A stretch of DNA of 64,000 nucleotides from Candidatus Eiseniibacteriota bacterium. Lineage in GTDB: Bacteria > Eisenbacteria > RBG-16-71-46. The stretch is from positions 763,302 through 827,301 of the forward strand of contig CAVUWA010000002.1 in assembly GCA_963744995.1 (NCBI GenBank), given 5' to 3'. Within the stretch, counting starts at the first letter, position 1; each line of letters opens with the position of its first letter. Shown in pieces: positions 1-7,855 of the stretch. The position numbers were made by a program, and so were the translations under genes. The notes below the pieces were generated by a model. It was not told the origin of the DNA. It was given only the letters and a program-made list of their open reading frames with translations, and ran no database searches.

Positions 1-543
1 CGGGCGGTGACGATCGGCAATCCGGGCAACCTGCCGCTCGACGTGCTCGACGTCGCGCCCGCCGTGACGGCCACCACGGCCGAGTTCTGGGCGGGACGTA
101 CGAGCTTCACGATCCCCGCCGGATCGAGCGACACGCTGGGCATTTCCTACCGGCCCGCAGGGGTCGGCCGCGACACGGTGGCGTTCACGTTCGTGACCGG
201 CGATCCCGGCTCGCCGCACGAACTGCTGGTGGTGGGCGAGGGGTTGCCCGCTGCGTTCAGCGTGCAGCCGATCGCGCCGAATCCGGTGCGCGACGTCTCG
301 CTGATCCGTTACGCACTGCCGGTTGCGGCCCACGTGAGGCTCGAGGTCTACAACCTGCAGGGCCAGCGCGTGGCGACGCTGGTGAACGCGCGCCAGGCGC
401 CGGGTGAGTATGCCGCGCCGTTCGGGCCCGGCGTGGCGATCGGCGGCGGCGCCGGCCGTGCCGCCCTGCCCGCGGGCGTCTACTTCTACCGCTTCCGCGC
501 CGGGCCGCTCGACGTGAAGCGCAAGATCGTTTTGCTGCGCTGA
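1..543 (+). CDS. C-terminal fragment of a secreted protein ending in a FlgD-Ig/Por-type (T9SS-like) C-terminal sorting domain; 5' end is truncated by the window edge
   Basis: ORF 7..543 translates to ...PNPVRDVSLIRYALPVAAHVRLEVYNLQGQRVATLVNA...GVYFYRFRAG...KRKIVLLR. This is the typical ~80-aa beta-sandwich sorting tail. The ORF is open to position 1. Confidence 0.6.
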   Translation, partial: RAVTIGNPGNLPLDVLDVAPAVTATTAEFWAGRTSFTIPAGSSDTLGISYRPAGVGRDTVAFTFVTGDPGSPHELLVVGEGLPAAFSVQPIAPNPVRDVSLIRYALPVAAHVRLEVYNLQGQRVATLVNARQAPGEYAAPFGPGVAIGGGAGRAALPAGVYFYRFRAGPLDVKRKIVLLR

Positions 544-609
544 ACGCGGCGGCCGCCCCTCTTTGGCACGCGGCGTCCGGACGCGCCCGTCCCACCGGCC
601 GCGCCCGGC

Positions 610-638
610 TTGTGGGCCTGCGGGGGCGCGGCTAGACT
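610..638 (+). promoter_or_regulatory. sigma70-like promoter candidate upstream of pruA (TTGTGG, 17-nt spacer, TAGACT)
   Basis: Hexamers seen directly at about 610-615 and 633-638, roughly 70 nt upstream of the RBS-preceded ATG at 710. Confidence 0.3.
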
Positions 639-839
639 CGCGGCATTCACCCGATTTTCCGCATTCCCGCGGCGTGTGTGCTTCCGCCACGCCGCTCACG
701 GAGGTTCCGATGAATCCCACCACGGCCCGGGGAATCGCGCCCGTGGACGCGAAGTCGCTCCCCGAATACGCCCCCACGACCTACACCGACTTCTCGGTCG
801 CCGAGAACCGCAAGGCGTTCGAGGCCGCGCATCGCCGAC

Positions 840-2306
840 GTGCGCGCGGGTCTCGGCCGCGAGTATCCGCTGGTGATCGGCGGCGAGCGCCTGAAGGGCG
901 AGAAGCTGTTCGACTCGATCAATCCCGCGAAGCCGTCCGAGGTGCTGGGCCGCTTCAACGCGGCCTCGAAGGCACAGGCCGCGCAGGCGGTCGAGACCGC
1001 CCACCGCACCTTCGCCACCTGGAGCCGCGTGCCGGCGGCCGAGCGCGCCGCGTATCTGATCGAGGCGGCGAAGAAGATGCGCGAGCGGCGCCACACCTTC
1101 TCGGCGTGGATGGTGCTCGAGGTCGGCAAGAGCTGGATCGAAGCCGACGCCGATACCGCCGAGGCGATCGATTTCATGGAGTACTACGCGCGCGAGATGC
1201 TGCGCTACGACGGCCCGCAACCCGTCGTGCAGGTGAAGGGCGAGATGAACCAGCTCGTCTACCTGCCGCTCGGCGTGGGCGCGGTCATTCCGCCGTGGAA
1301 CTTCCCGCTCGCGATCCTCGTCGGCATGAGCACCGCGGCGATCGTCACCGGCAACACCGTATGCCTGAAGCCCTCCAGCGATTCGCCCGGGATCGCCTGG
1401 CAGTTCTACGCGCTCATGGAAGAGATCGGACTGCCGGCCGGCGTCCTCAACTTCGTCACCGGTGGCGGCGGCACGGTCGGCGACACCCTGGTGCGGCACC
1501 CGCGCACCCGCTTCGTGTCGTTCACCGGGTCGCGCGAAGTCGGCGTGGGGATCAACAGGCTCGCCGCGGAAGTCCAGCCCGGACAGATCTGGCTCAAGCG
1601 CGTGGTCGCCGAGATGGGCGGCAAGGACGCCATCATCGTGGACGAGGAGGCCGATCTCGACGCCGCGGTGCAGGGCGTGACCGCCGCCGCGTTCGGCTTC
1701 CAGGGACAGAAGTGCTCGGCATGCTCGCGCGCGATCGTGAGCGAGAAGGTCTATGCGCCGTTCCTCGAGAAGCTCAAGGCCTCGGTCGAGAAGCTCACCG
1801 TGGGCGACACGGAGACCTACGGCACGTTCATGGGCCCGGTCGTCAACCAGGCGGCGCGCGACAAGATTCTCGAGTACATCGAGCACGGGAAGAAGGAGGG
1901 ACGCCTGATCACCGGCGGCGCTCCGGTCGAGGGCCGCGACGGCTGGTTCATCCAGCCGACGGTGATCGCCGACATCCGGCCCGGCGCAAAGATCGCGCAG
2001 GAAGAGATCTTCGGTCCGGTGCTCGCGGTGATCCCGGTCAAGAGCTACGACGAGGCGCTCGAAGTCGCCAACGGCACCGACTACGGGCTCACCGGTGCGA
2101 TCTACTCGAAGAATTCCGAGAAGCTCGAGCGCGCGCGCCGCGAGTTCTTCGTCGGCAACCTGTACCTGAACCGCAAGTGCACCGGCGCGCTGGTCGGCGT
2201 GCAGCCATTCGGCGGCTTCAACATGAGCGGCACCGACTCCAAGGCCGGCGGCCGCGACTACCTGCTGCTGTTCCTGCAGTCGAAGAGCATCGCCGAGAGG
2301 ATCTGA
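840..2306 (+). CDS. pruA: L-glutamate gamma-semialdehyde (1-pyrroline-5-carboxylate) dehydrogenase, aldehyde dehydrogenase family. The authentic N-terminus appears to start at ATG 710 in another frame, which implies a frameshift near 828-831
   Basis: EYPLVIGGERL...SINPAKPSEVLG, ...VVAEMGGKDAII, EEIFGPVLAV are ALDH/P5CDH hallmarks. ATG 710 with a GGAGG RBS encodes MNPTT...YTDFSVAENRKAFEAA in frame +2 and then runs out of frame. Confidence 0.8.
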   Translation: MRAGLGREYPLVIGGERLKGEKLFDSINPAKPSEVLGRFNAASKAQAAQAVETAHRTFATWSRVPAAERAAYLIEAAKKMRERRHTFSAWMVLEVGKSWIEADADTAEAIDFMEYYAREMLRYDGPQPVVQVKGEMNQLVYLPLGVGAVIPPWNFPLAILVGMSTAAIVTGNTVCLKPSSDSPGIAWQFYALMEEIGLPAGVLNFVTGGGGTVGDTLVRHPRTRFVSFTGSREVGVGINRLAAEVQPGQIWLKRVVAEMGGKDAIIVDEEADLDAAVQGVTAAAFGFQGQKCSACSRAIVSEKVYAPFLEKLKASVEKLTVGDTETYGTFMGPVVNQAARDKILEYIEHGKKEGRLITGGAPVEGRDGWFIQPTVIADIRPGAKIAQEEIFGPVLAVIPVKSYDEALEVANGTDYGLTGAIYSKNSEKLERARREFFVGNLYLNRKCTGALVGVQPFGGFNMSGTDSKAGGRDYLLLFLQSKSIAERI

Positions 2307-2333
2307 TCCGGCCTGCGAGCCGGGCAGTGAACC

Positions 2334-2359
2334 GGGCCGGTCCCGCCGGGACCGGCCCG
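2334..2359. terminator. GC-rich perfect hairpin (11-bp stem gggccggtccc/gggaccggccc, 3-nt loop) between the convergent pruA and polX genes; possible bidirectional terminator
   Basis: Inverted repeat read directly from the sequence. There is no U-tract, which is common in high-GC genomes. Confidence 0.35.
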
Positions 2360-2410
2360 TCGTGCATCCGGAACCGCGCGTGCGGCGGCCCGCGGCAGGG
2401 GGCCGCGGTG

Positions 2411-4312
2411 CTACTTGCCGCGCTTCGGCTTCGAGACCGGGCGCTTCTGTGTCTTCTTCGCAGCGGCGCCGCGTGAGGCCGTGGCGGCCTTCTTCTTCGC
2501 AGCGGCGCCGCGCGAGGCCGCGGGGGCCTTCTTCTTCGCAGCGGGGCTGCGTGCCCCGGCGTCGGCTGCGGAAGCGGGCGCATCCGCCTCGGCGGATGGT
2601 CCGCGCGGGCGCAGCGCCTTTCGAAACACGGCCAGCGACTTCGTGTTCAGCACGTCGTCCTTCTCGAGCCCGGCGCGCCGCGCCACGAACACGCCGTAGC
2701 GCATGTGATCGAGCTGCCGCACGCTGTGGGCGTCGGTGCTGATGACGACCTTCACGCCCTTTTCCTTCGCGGCGCGCGCGTGCACGTCGGAGAGGTCCAT
2801 GCGGTTGGGCTGGGCGTTGATCTCCATCGCCACGCCCTCGCGTGCGGCGCTATCCAGCACCCGGTCCATGTCGAACGCCGCCGGCTGCCGCGAACCGATC
2901 TGCCGCGCGGTGGGATGCCCCATGACGTGCACGGCCGGGTGGGCGAGGGCTTTCAACACGCGGTTCGTCATCCCGGGCCCGGGCATGTCCACCTTCGAGT
3001 GCAGCGAGACGATCACCCAGTCGAGCAGCTCGAGCGCATCGTCATCGAGGTCGAGTGCGCCGTCGGCGAGAATGTCCACTTCGAGGCCGTGCAGCACCTC
3101 GATGTCGGGGACCTTGCGACGCACGGCTTCGATCTCCTTCACCGACTGCCGCACGCGCGCGCCGTCGAAGCCGCCGATCATCGCCAGCGCGGCGGAGTGG
3201 TCGGTGATGGCGCAGTAGGCGTAGCCGCGATCGCGGCAGGCCCGAACCATGGTCTCGAGCGTGTCGCGGCCGTCGGTGCGGTCGGTGTGCATGTGCAGAT
3301 CGGCCACGATGTCGCTCTCTTCGATGAGCTGCGGCAGGCGGCCCTCGCGGGCGAGCGCGATTTCACCGCGTGCCTCGCGCAGCTCGGGCGGAATCCACTC
3401 GAGATCGAGCGCGCGGTAGACGTCTTCTTCGGTGCGCCCGGCGACGATGCGCCCGCCTTCGGTGAGTCCGTACTCGTTGAGCGACCAACCCTTGTCGATG
3501 GCGATGCGGCGCAGCTCGATGTTGTGCTCCTTGCTGCCGGTGAAGTAGAGCAGCGCGGCGCCGAACGACTCGGCCGGAACGTGGCGCAGGTCGACCTGCA
3601 GATCGTTGCGCAGCCGCACGGAGGACTTGGTCGGCCCCTCGCCGAGCGTGTCCGCGACCTCCTGATGACCGAGGAAGGCCTTCATCACGGCTCCGGGATC
3701 GCCGCCGGTGACCAGCAGATCCAGGTCGCCGATGGTCTCCTTGCGGCGCCGGAACGAGCCGGCGATTTCCACGGTCGTGCCGCGCACCCGGCGCACGTGG
3801 GCGGCGAGGGCATGAGCGACGTCCCAGGCGCCCGCCAGCAGCGTACGGCCGCGGTCGCGCGACGCGACCTCGAGCGCCTTGAGCACGTTCTGCTCGACGG
3901 TCCTGCCGAAGCCGGGCAGTTCGCGCAGCTTCTCCTCGCGCGCGGCGCGGGCGAGGTCGTCGCGGGTGCGCACCCCGAGCACCTCGAACAGGGTCTTCAC
4001 GCGCTTGGGCCCGAGACCCTGCAGCTCGGTGAGCTCGACGACGCTCACCGGGATCTTCGCCTTCATGTCCTCGTACAGCGGAGTGGTCCCGGTCTGCACG
4101 ATCTCGCGGATCTTCTGCGCGAGGTCCTTGCCGATCCCGGGCAGGTCCTCGAGCCGGCCCTCTTCCGAGGCGAGCGAGACGACGGATTCCGACTGCTCCT
4201 CGACGATCCGGGCGCCCTCGCGATAGGCACGGATCCGGAACGGGTTCGCGCCCGAGATCTCGAGCATCGTCGCGAGGCGCGAGAACACACGGGCGACGTC
4301 GGTGTTGTTCAT
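2411..4312 (-). CDS. polX: Family X DNA polymerase (PolX) with a C-terminal PHP phosphoesterase domain and a Lys/Ala-rich histone-H1-like C-terminal tail
   Basis: MNNTDVARVF...GIGKDLAQKI (HhH), ...DLDLLV (pol-beta palm), ...HMHTDRTDG...ISTDAHS (PHP). The start ATG at 4310-4312 overlaps the ligA stop (ATGA). The ORF-track extension to 5092 is a shadow of ligA. Confidence 0.9.
   Translation of the reverse strand: MNNTDVARVFSRLATMLEISGANPFRIRAYREGARIVEEQSESVVSLASEEGRLEDLPGIGKDLAQKIREIVQTGTTPLYEDMKAKIPVSVVELTELQGLGPKRVKTLFEVLGVRTRDDLARAAREEKLRELPGFGRTVEQNVLKALEVASRDRGRTLLAGAWDVAHALAAHVRRVRGTTVEIAGSFRRRKETIGDLDLLVTGGDPGAVMKAFLGHQEVADTLGEGPTKSSVRLRNDLQVDLRHVPAESFGAALLYFTGSKEHNIELRRIAIDKGWSLNEYGLTEGGRIVAGRTEEDVYRALDLEWIPPELREARGEIALAREGRLPQLIEESDIVADLHMHTDRTDGRDTLETMVRACRDRGYAYCAITDHSAALAMIGGFDGARVRQSVKEIEAVRRKVPDIEVLHGLEVDILADGALDLDDDALELLDWVIVSLHSKVDMPGPGMTNRVLKALAHPAVHVMGHPTARQIGSRQPAAFDMDRVLDSAAREGVAMEINAQPNRMDLSDVHARAAKEKGVKVVISTDAHSVRQLDHMRYGVFVARRAGLEKDDVLNTKSLAVFRKALRPRGPSAEADAPASAADAGARSPAAKKKAPAASRGAAAKKKAATASRGAAAKKTQKRPVSKPKRGK
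2451..2552. repeat. ~39-bp tandem repeat (about 2.6 copies) inside the 3' end of polX, encoding reiterated AAKKKAxxASRGAA units
   Basis: cttcttcgcagcggcgccgcg(t/c)gaggccg(t/c)gg(c/g)ggc is repeated head-to-tail on the + strand. Confidence 0.6.
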
Positions 4313-6342
4313 GCGCCCTCCAGCCTGGCGAGGAAGGTGGGTTCGTCGATCACCGCGAGGCCGAGCTTCTTCGCCTGATCGAGCTTGGACCCGGCACCCG
4401 GACCGGCGACCACCAGCGTCACCTTGCGGGTGATGCCGCTGGCGATGCGTGCACCGGCGTCCTCGGCCTTGCGCTGCGCCTCGGGGCGCGACATCGCCTC
4501 GAGCGAGCCGGTAAAGACCATCACCTCGCCCGCGAACGGGCGCTGGCCCTGCGGATGCGTCTCGACGAACGGCCTGACGCCGGCCTTCTTCAGGCGCTCG
4601 AGCACCCGGCGGTTCCTCGCGCTGCCGAAGAACGCACTGACCGCGGCCGCGACCTCGGCGCCGATGCCGTGAATGCCGAGCAGGGTCTCTTCGTCGGCGG
4701 ACGTGAGTTTCTCGAGGCCGCCGAAGTGGTCGGCGAGCAGCTTCGCCAGCGTGCTGCCGACGTGCGGAATACCGAGTGCGTACACGAAGCGGTCGAGCCG
4801 CGGCTTCTTGCTCGCTTCGATCGCCTGCATGAGATTCTCGATCGACTTCTCGGCGAAGCCCTCGAGTCCGGCAAGATCGATCGGCGTGAGCTGGTAGATG
4901 TCGGCGAGGTTCTTCACCAGGCTCTTTTCGATCAGCTGCGCCACGGTCTTGCCGCCGAGTCCGACGATGTCCATCGCGCCGCGTGAGACGAAGTGCTCGA
5001 TGTGACCCTGCAGCTGCGCCGGGCAGGCGAGCCCGTTGGTGCACACGTGCGCCGCGCCGTCGCGCACGACCTCGCCGCCGCACACCGGGCATTTGGCCGG
5101 CAGCTCGAAGCGCTTCGCACTCTTCGGGCGCTTCTCCACGATCACCTCGACGACTTCCGGGATCACGTCGCCGGCGCGGCGCACGCGCACGGTGTCCCCG
5201 ATTCGCACGTCCTTGCGGTCGAGCTCGTCCTGGTTGTGCAGCGTCGCGCGGCTCACGGTGACGCCGGACACGTCCACGGGCCGGAGCGCCGCGACCGGCG
5301 TGAGCTTTCCGGTGCGACCGACCTGCACGACGATGTCCTCGATGACCGTGATCTCCTCGCGCGGCGGGAACTTGAACGCGACCGCCCAGCGCGGGCTGCG
5401 CGAGCGTACGCCCAGCACGTCCTGCCAGTCGCGGCGGTCCACCTTGATCACCACGCCGTCGATCTCGTACGGCAGTCCGTCGCGCTTCTCGAGCAGCTCA
5501 TCACGATAGGCGAGCGCCTCGTCGATGCCCTTGCAGTGCCGCACGCCGCGCTCGACGTGGAAGCCCCACCCGCGCATGTCGTCCTGCACGGCCGACAGCG
5601 TCGGCGGCAGCTTCTGCCCGGCGGCGAGGATCTCGTACGCGAAGAAGTCGAGCCTGCGCGACGCGGTGATGGAGGGGTCCAGCTGTCGCACGGTGCCGGC
5701 CGCTGCGTTGCGCGCGTTGGCGAACGGTTCCTCGTCGGCCGCGATCAGGCGCGCATTCATGGCCTGGAACTCCTCGACCGGCATGAGCGCTTCGCCACGC
5801 ACCGCAAGGCGTCCGCCGGGCGGCCGCTTTCCTTCCGGCGCGCGCAACCGGAGCGGGATCGCGCGGATCGTGCGCAGGTTCTCGGTGACGTCCTCGCCGA
5901 CCTCGCCGTCGCCGCGCGTCGAGCCGCGCACGAGCACGCCGTCCTCGTAGACGAGCTCGATCGACAGGCCGTCGAACTTGGGCTCGGCGAGGTAGTCGAC
6001 CGGCTCCTGGAACAGGCCGGCGTCGAGGCCCAGGCCCTTCCTGACCCGCGTGTCGAACTCGCGCACCGCGTCGGCGTCCATGAGCGAATCCAGCGACAGC
6101 ATCGAGCGCAGGTGCTCGACCTTCCTGAACGCGGTGCGCATCGCGCCGCCGACGCGCAGCGTGGGGGAGTCCGCGGGCCGCAGATCGGGGTGGGCCGCCT
6201 CGAGCTCGGTCAGCTCCTTGAACAGGCGGTCGTATTGCGCGTCCGAGATCGTCGGCCGGTCGAGCGCGTAATAGCGGTAGTCGTGCTCGCGGATCTCCTG
6301 CGCGAGCGCCTCGATCCGCTGCTTCGCCTCGGTGCGGTTCAC
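4309..6342 (-). CDS. ligA: NAD+-dependent DNA ligase
   Basis: ...KxDG adenylation motif region (EPKFDGLSIEL), Zn-finger CPVCGGEVVRDGAAHVCTNGLACPAQ, HhH and a C-terminal BRCT. GTG start at 6340-6342. Confidence 0.95.
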   Translation of the reverse strand: MNRTEAKQRIEALAQEIREHDYRYYALDRPTISDAQYDRLFKELTELEAAHPDLRPADSPTLRVGGAMRTAFRKVEHLRSMLSLDSLMDADAVREFDTRVRKGLGLDAGLFQEPVDYLAEPKFDGLSIELVYEDGVLVRGSTRGDGEVGEDVTENLRTIRAIPLRLRAPEGKRPPGGRLAVRGEALMPVEEFQAMNARLIAADEEPFANARNAAAGTVRQLDPSITASRRLDFFAYEILAAGQKLPPTLSAVQDDMRGWGFHVERGVRHCKGIDEALAYRDELLEKRDGLPYEIDGVVIKVDRRDWQDVLGVRSRSPRWAVAFKFPPREEITVIEDIVVQVGRTGKLTPVAALRPVDVSGVTVSRATLHNQDELDRKDVRIGDTVRVRRAGDVIPEVVEVIVEKRPKSAKRFELPAKCPVCGGEVVRDGAAHVCTNGLACPAQLQGHIEHFVSRGAMDIVGLGGKTVAQLIEKSLVKNLADIYQLTPIDLAGLEGFAEKSIENLMQAIEASKKPRLDRFVYALGIPHVGSTLAKLLADHFGGLEKLTSADEETLLGIHGIGAEVAAAVSAFFGSARNRRVLERLKKAGVRPFVETHPQGQRPFAGEVMVFTGSLEAMSRPEAQRKAEDAGARIASGITRKVTLVVAGPGAGSKLDQAKKLGLAVIDEPTFLARLEGA

Positions 6343-6361
6343 GCGGACCCCGGCCCCGCGC

Positions 6362-6769
6362 TCAGGCGCCGGCGAGCTTGAGGACGCGGGCGAGCTGGGC
6401 GGCGGTGAGCGGCACCACCGACAGGCGCGAGATGCGCACGAGGTCGCTCGTCTTCAGCACCGCGTCCTCGCGGAACACGGCGAGCGGCACGGGCTCGGGC
6501 AGGCGTTTCCAGGCCTGGATGTCCACCACCGCGCACTTCGGGTCGTCCGCTTGGGGATCCGCGTAGGCGGCGCCGACGGCCTTCGCCAGCCCGACCGCGC
6601 GCTTCTCCCTGCCGGTATGGTAGAGGATGAGCGTGTCGCCCTTCTTCACGCCGCGCAGGTGCTTGAGCGCCAGCGCATTGGTGATGCCGTCCCATACCGT
6701 GCGCTTGTCCCGGACGAGGTCGTCGTAGGAGTATGTGTCGGGTTCGGTCTTGAGCAGGTAGCAGGCCAT
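6362..6769 (-). CDS. EVE (PUA-like) domain protein
   Basis: MACYLLKTEPDTYSYDDLVRDKRTVWDGITNALALKHLRGVKKGDTLILYHTG is the canonical EVE/DUF55 N-terminus. It lies 20 bp upstream of ligA on the same strand. Confidence 0.8.
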   Translation of the reverse strand: MACYLLKTEPDTYSYDDLVRDKRTVWDGITNALALKHLRGVKKGDTLILYHTGREKRAVGLAKAVGAAYADPQADDPKCAVVDIQAWKRLPEPVPLAVFREDAVLKTSDLVRISRLSVVPLTAAQLARVLKLAGA

Positions 6770-6858
6770 GGCCGGAGATTAGCCGCGGCACGGAACGGCC
6801 GCAACGCAACGGGGAGCGCCCGATTCACATCCTTCAGCTCATCTGGGTCGGCCTCGTC

Positions 6859-7419
6859 ATGGTCGGCGCGGCGTTCTACGCCGACACCCCCGCGCGCACG
6901 TTCGGCGAAGCGTTCCGGCAGAACCGCTGGCAGGCGCGGCTCGCACTCGGTTCGGTCGAGATCCTCATGGTCGCGGTCTGGGCGACGGCGCACTTCGGCA
7001 CGGGCTGGGACCCGGCGCTCCTGCCGGCGGGCGCCGCCCCCGCGGGCGCCTCCGTCGGCCTGCTGCTCAGCGCCGCCGGGGTCGGTCTGGCGGTCTGGGC
7101 CAAGGTGCGGCTCGGGCGCTGGTTCTCGGCCACCTTCGCGGTCAAGGAAGGTCACGAACTCGTCACGGACGGACCGTACGCGATCACGCGGCATCCCATT
7201 TATACGGGGCTGCTGGCGGCGGTCACCGGCGGCGCACTGGTGTGGAACAGCGTGTTCACGCTCGTGCTCGCGGCGGCGCTCGCGATTCCGTTCTTCTTGC
7301 ATACGGTCTTCGAAGAGGCCATGTTCGAGAAGCATTTCGGCCAGCCGTACTTCGACTACCAGCGCCGGGTCCCCCGCCTGGTGCCTTTCACCCGGAGGAA
7401 CATCCGACGTGAATCGTGA
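6859..7419 (+). CDS. Isoprenylcysteine carboxyl methyltransferase (ICMT)/phospholipid methyltransferase family membrane protein
   Basis: ...GPYAITRHPIYTGLLAAVTG...EEAMFEKHFGQPYFDYQRRVPRLVPF matches the ICMT/PEMT C-terminal signature. Several TM segments. Confidence 0.7.
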   Translation: MVGAAFYADTPARTFGEAFRQNRWQARLALGSVEILMVAVWATAHFGTGWDPALLPAGAAPAGASVGLLLSAAGVGLAVWAKVRLGRWFSATFAVKEGHELVTDGPYAITRHPIYTGLLAAVTGGALVWNSVFTLVLAAALAIPFFLHTVFEEAMFEKHFGQPYFDYQRRVPRLVPFTRRNIRRES

Positions 7420-7855
7420 TCCCAGCACGCGATCGCCGTTCGCGCGCGTGGCGCGCGCGGCCCTCGAGCAGGGCGTGCAGGAGGCGCGCACGCAGGCGGC
7501 GGTGTGGGGGAGCAAGCCGAACTTCATCTGGGTGCGCTGGGCGCTGCCGGACGGCTGGTACGCATCGATCGGCCTGCGCCGCCACCTCGACTGGGTGACG
7601 GGCGAGCTCGGCATGAGCCGCACGACGGCGGATCTCGACACGCTGCCTCTCCTCACCCGGCCGCGCTTCGATACCGCCGAGGTGCTGGAGCAGGGCGGGC
7701 GCGTGCGGCTGGGTCTGCTGCTGCACGACGAAGACACCTGGTGGCCGGGCGGGGGCAGCGAGAGCGAGCTGGCGGAAACGCTGGGGCGGCTCGCGCTCCA
7801 GCTCCGGGTCAAGGCCGAGCGGCTGCTGCACGCCCACGTCGGACCGGGCGCTTGA
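7409..7855 (+). CDS. Hypothetical protein (GTG start; overlaps the end of the ICMT gene)
   Basis: In-frame segment of ORF 6332..7855 downstream of the ICMT stop. Codon bias is coding-like. No recognisable domain. Confidence 0.4.
   Translation: MNRDPSTRSPFARVARAALEQGVQEARTQAAVWGSKPNFIWVRWALPDGWYASIGLRRHLDWVTGELGMSRTTADLDTLPLLTRPRFDTAEVLEQGGRVRLGLLLHDEDTWWPGGGSESELAETLGRLALQLRVKAERLLHAHVGPGA

Noticed and set aside
696-1886. Long minus-strand ORFs (696..1886, 647..1177) opposite pruA
   Set aside because: Arg/Ala/Gly-rich shadow frames of a 70% GC gene. pruA on the + strand has clear family motifs.
4313-5092. N-terminal 260-aa extension of the polX ORF in the ORF track
   Set aside because: It runs antisense-overlapping inside ligA. 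The conserved PolX N-terminus MNNTDV… starts at the ATG coupled to the ligA stop.
2705-6381. Plus-strand ORFs 2705..4378 and 4993..6381 opposite polX/ligA
   Set aside because: Antisense shadow ORFs of well-supported genes, with a low-complexity R/A/G/H composition.
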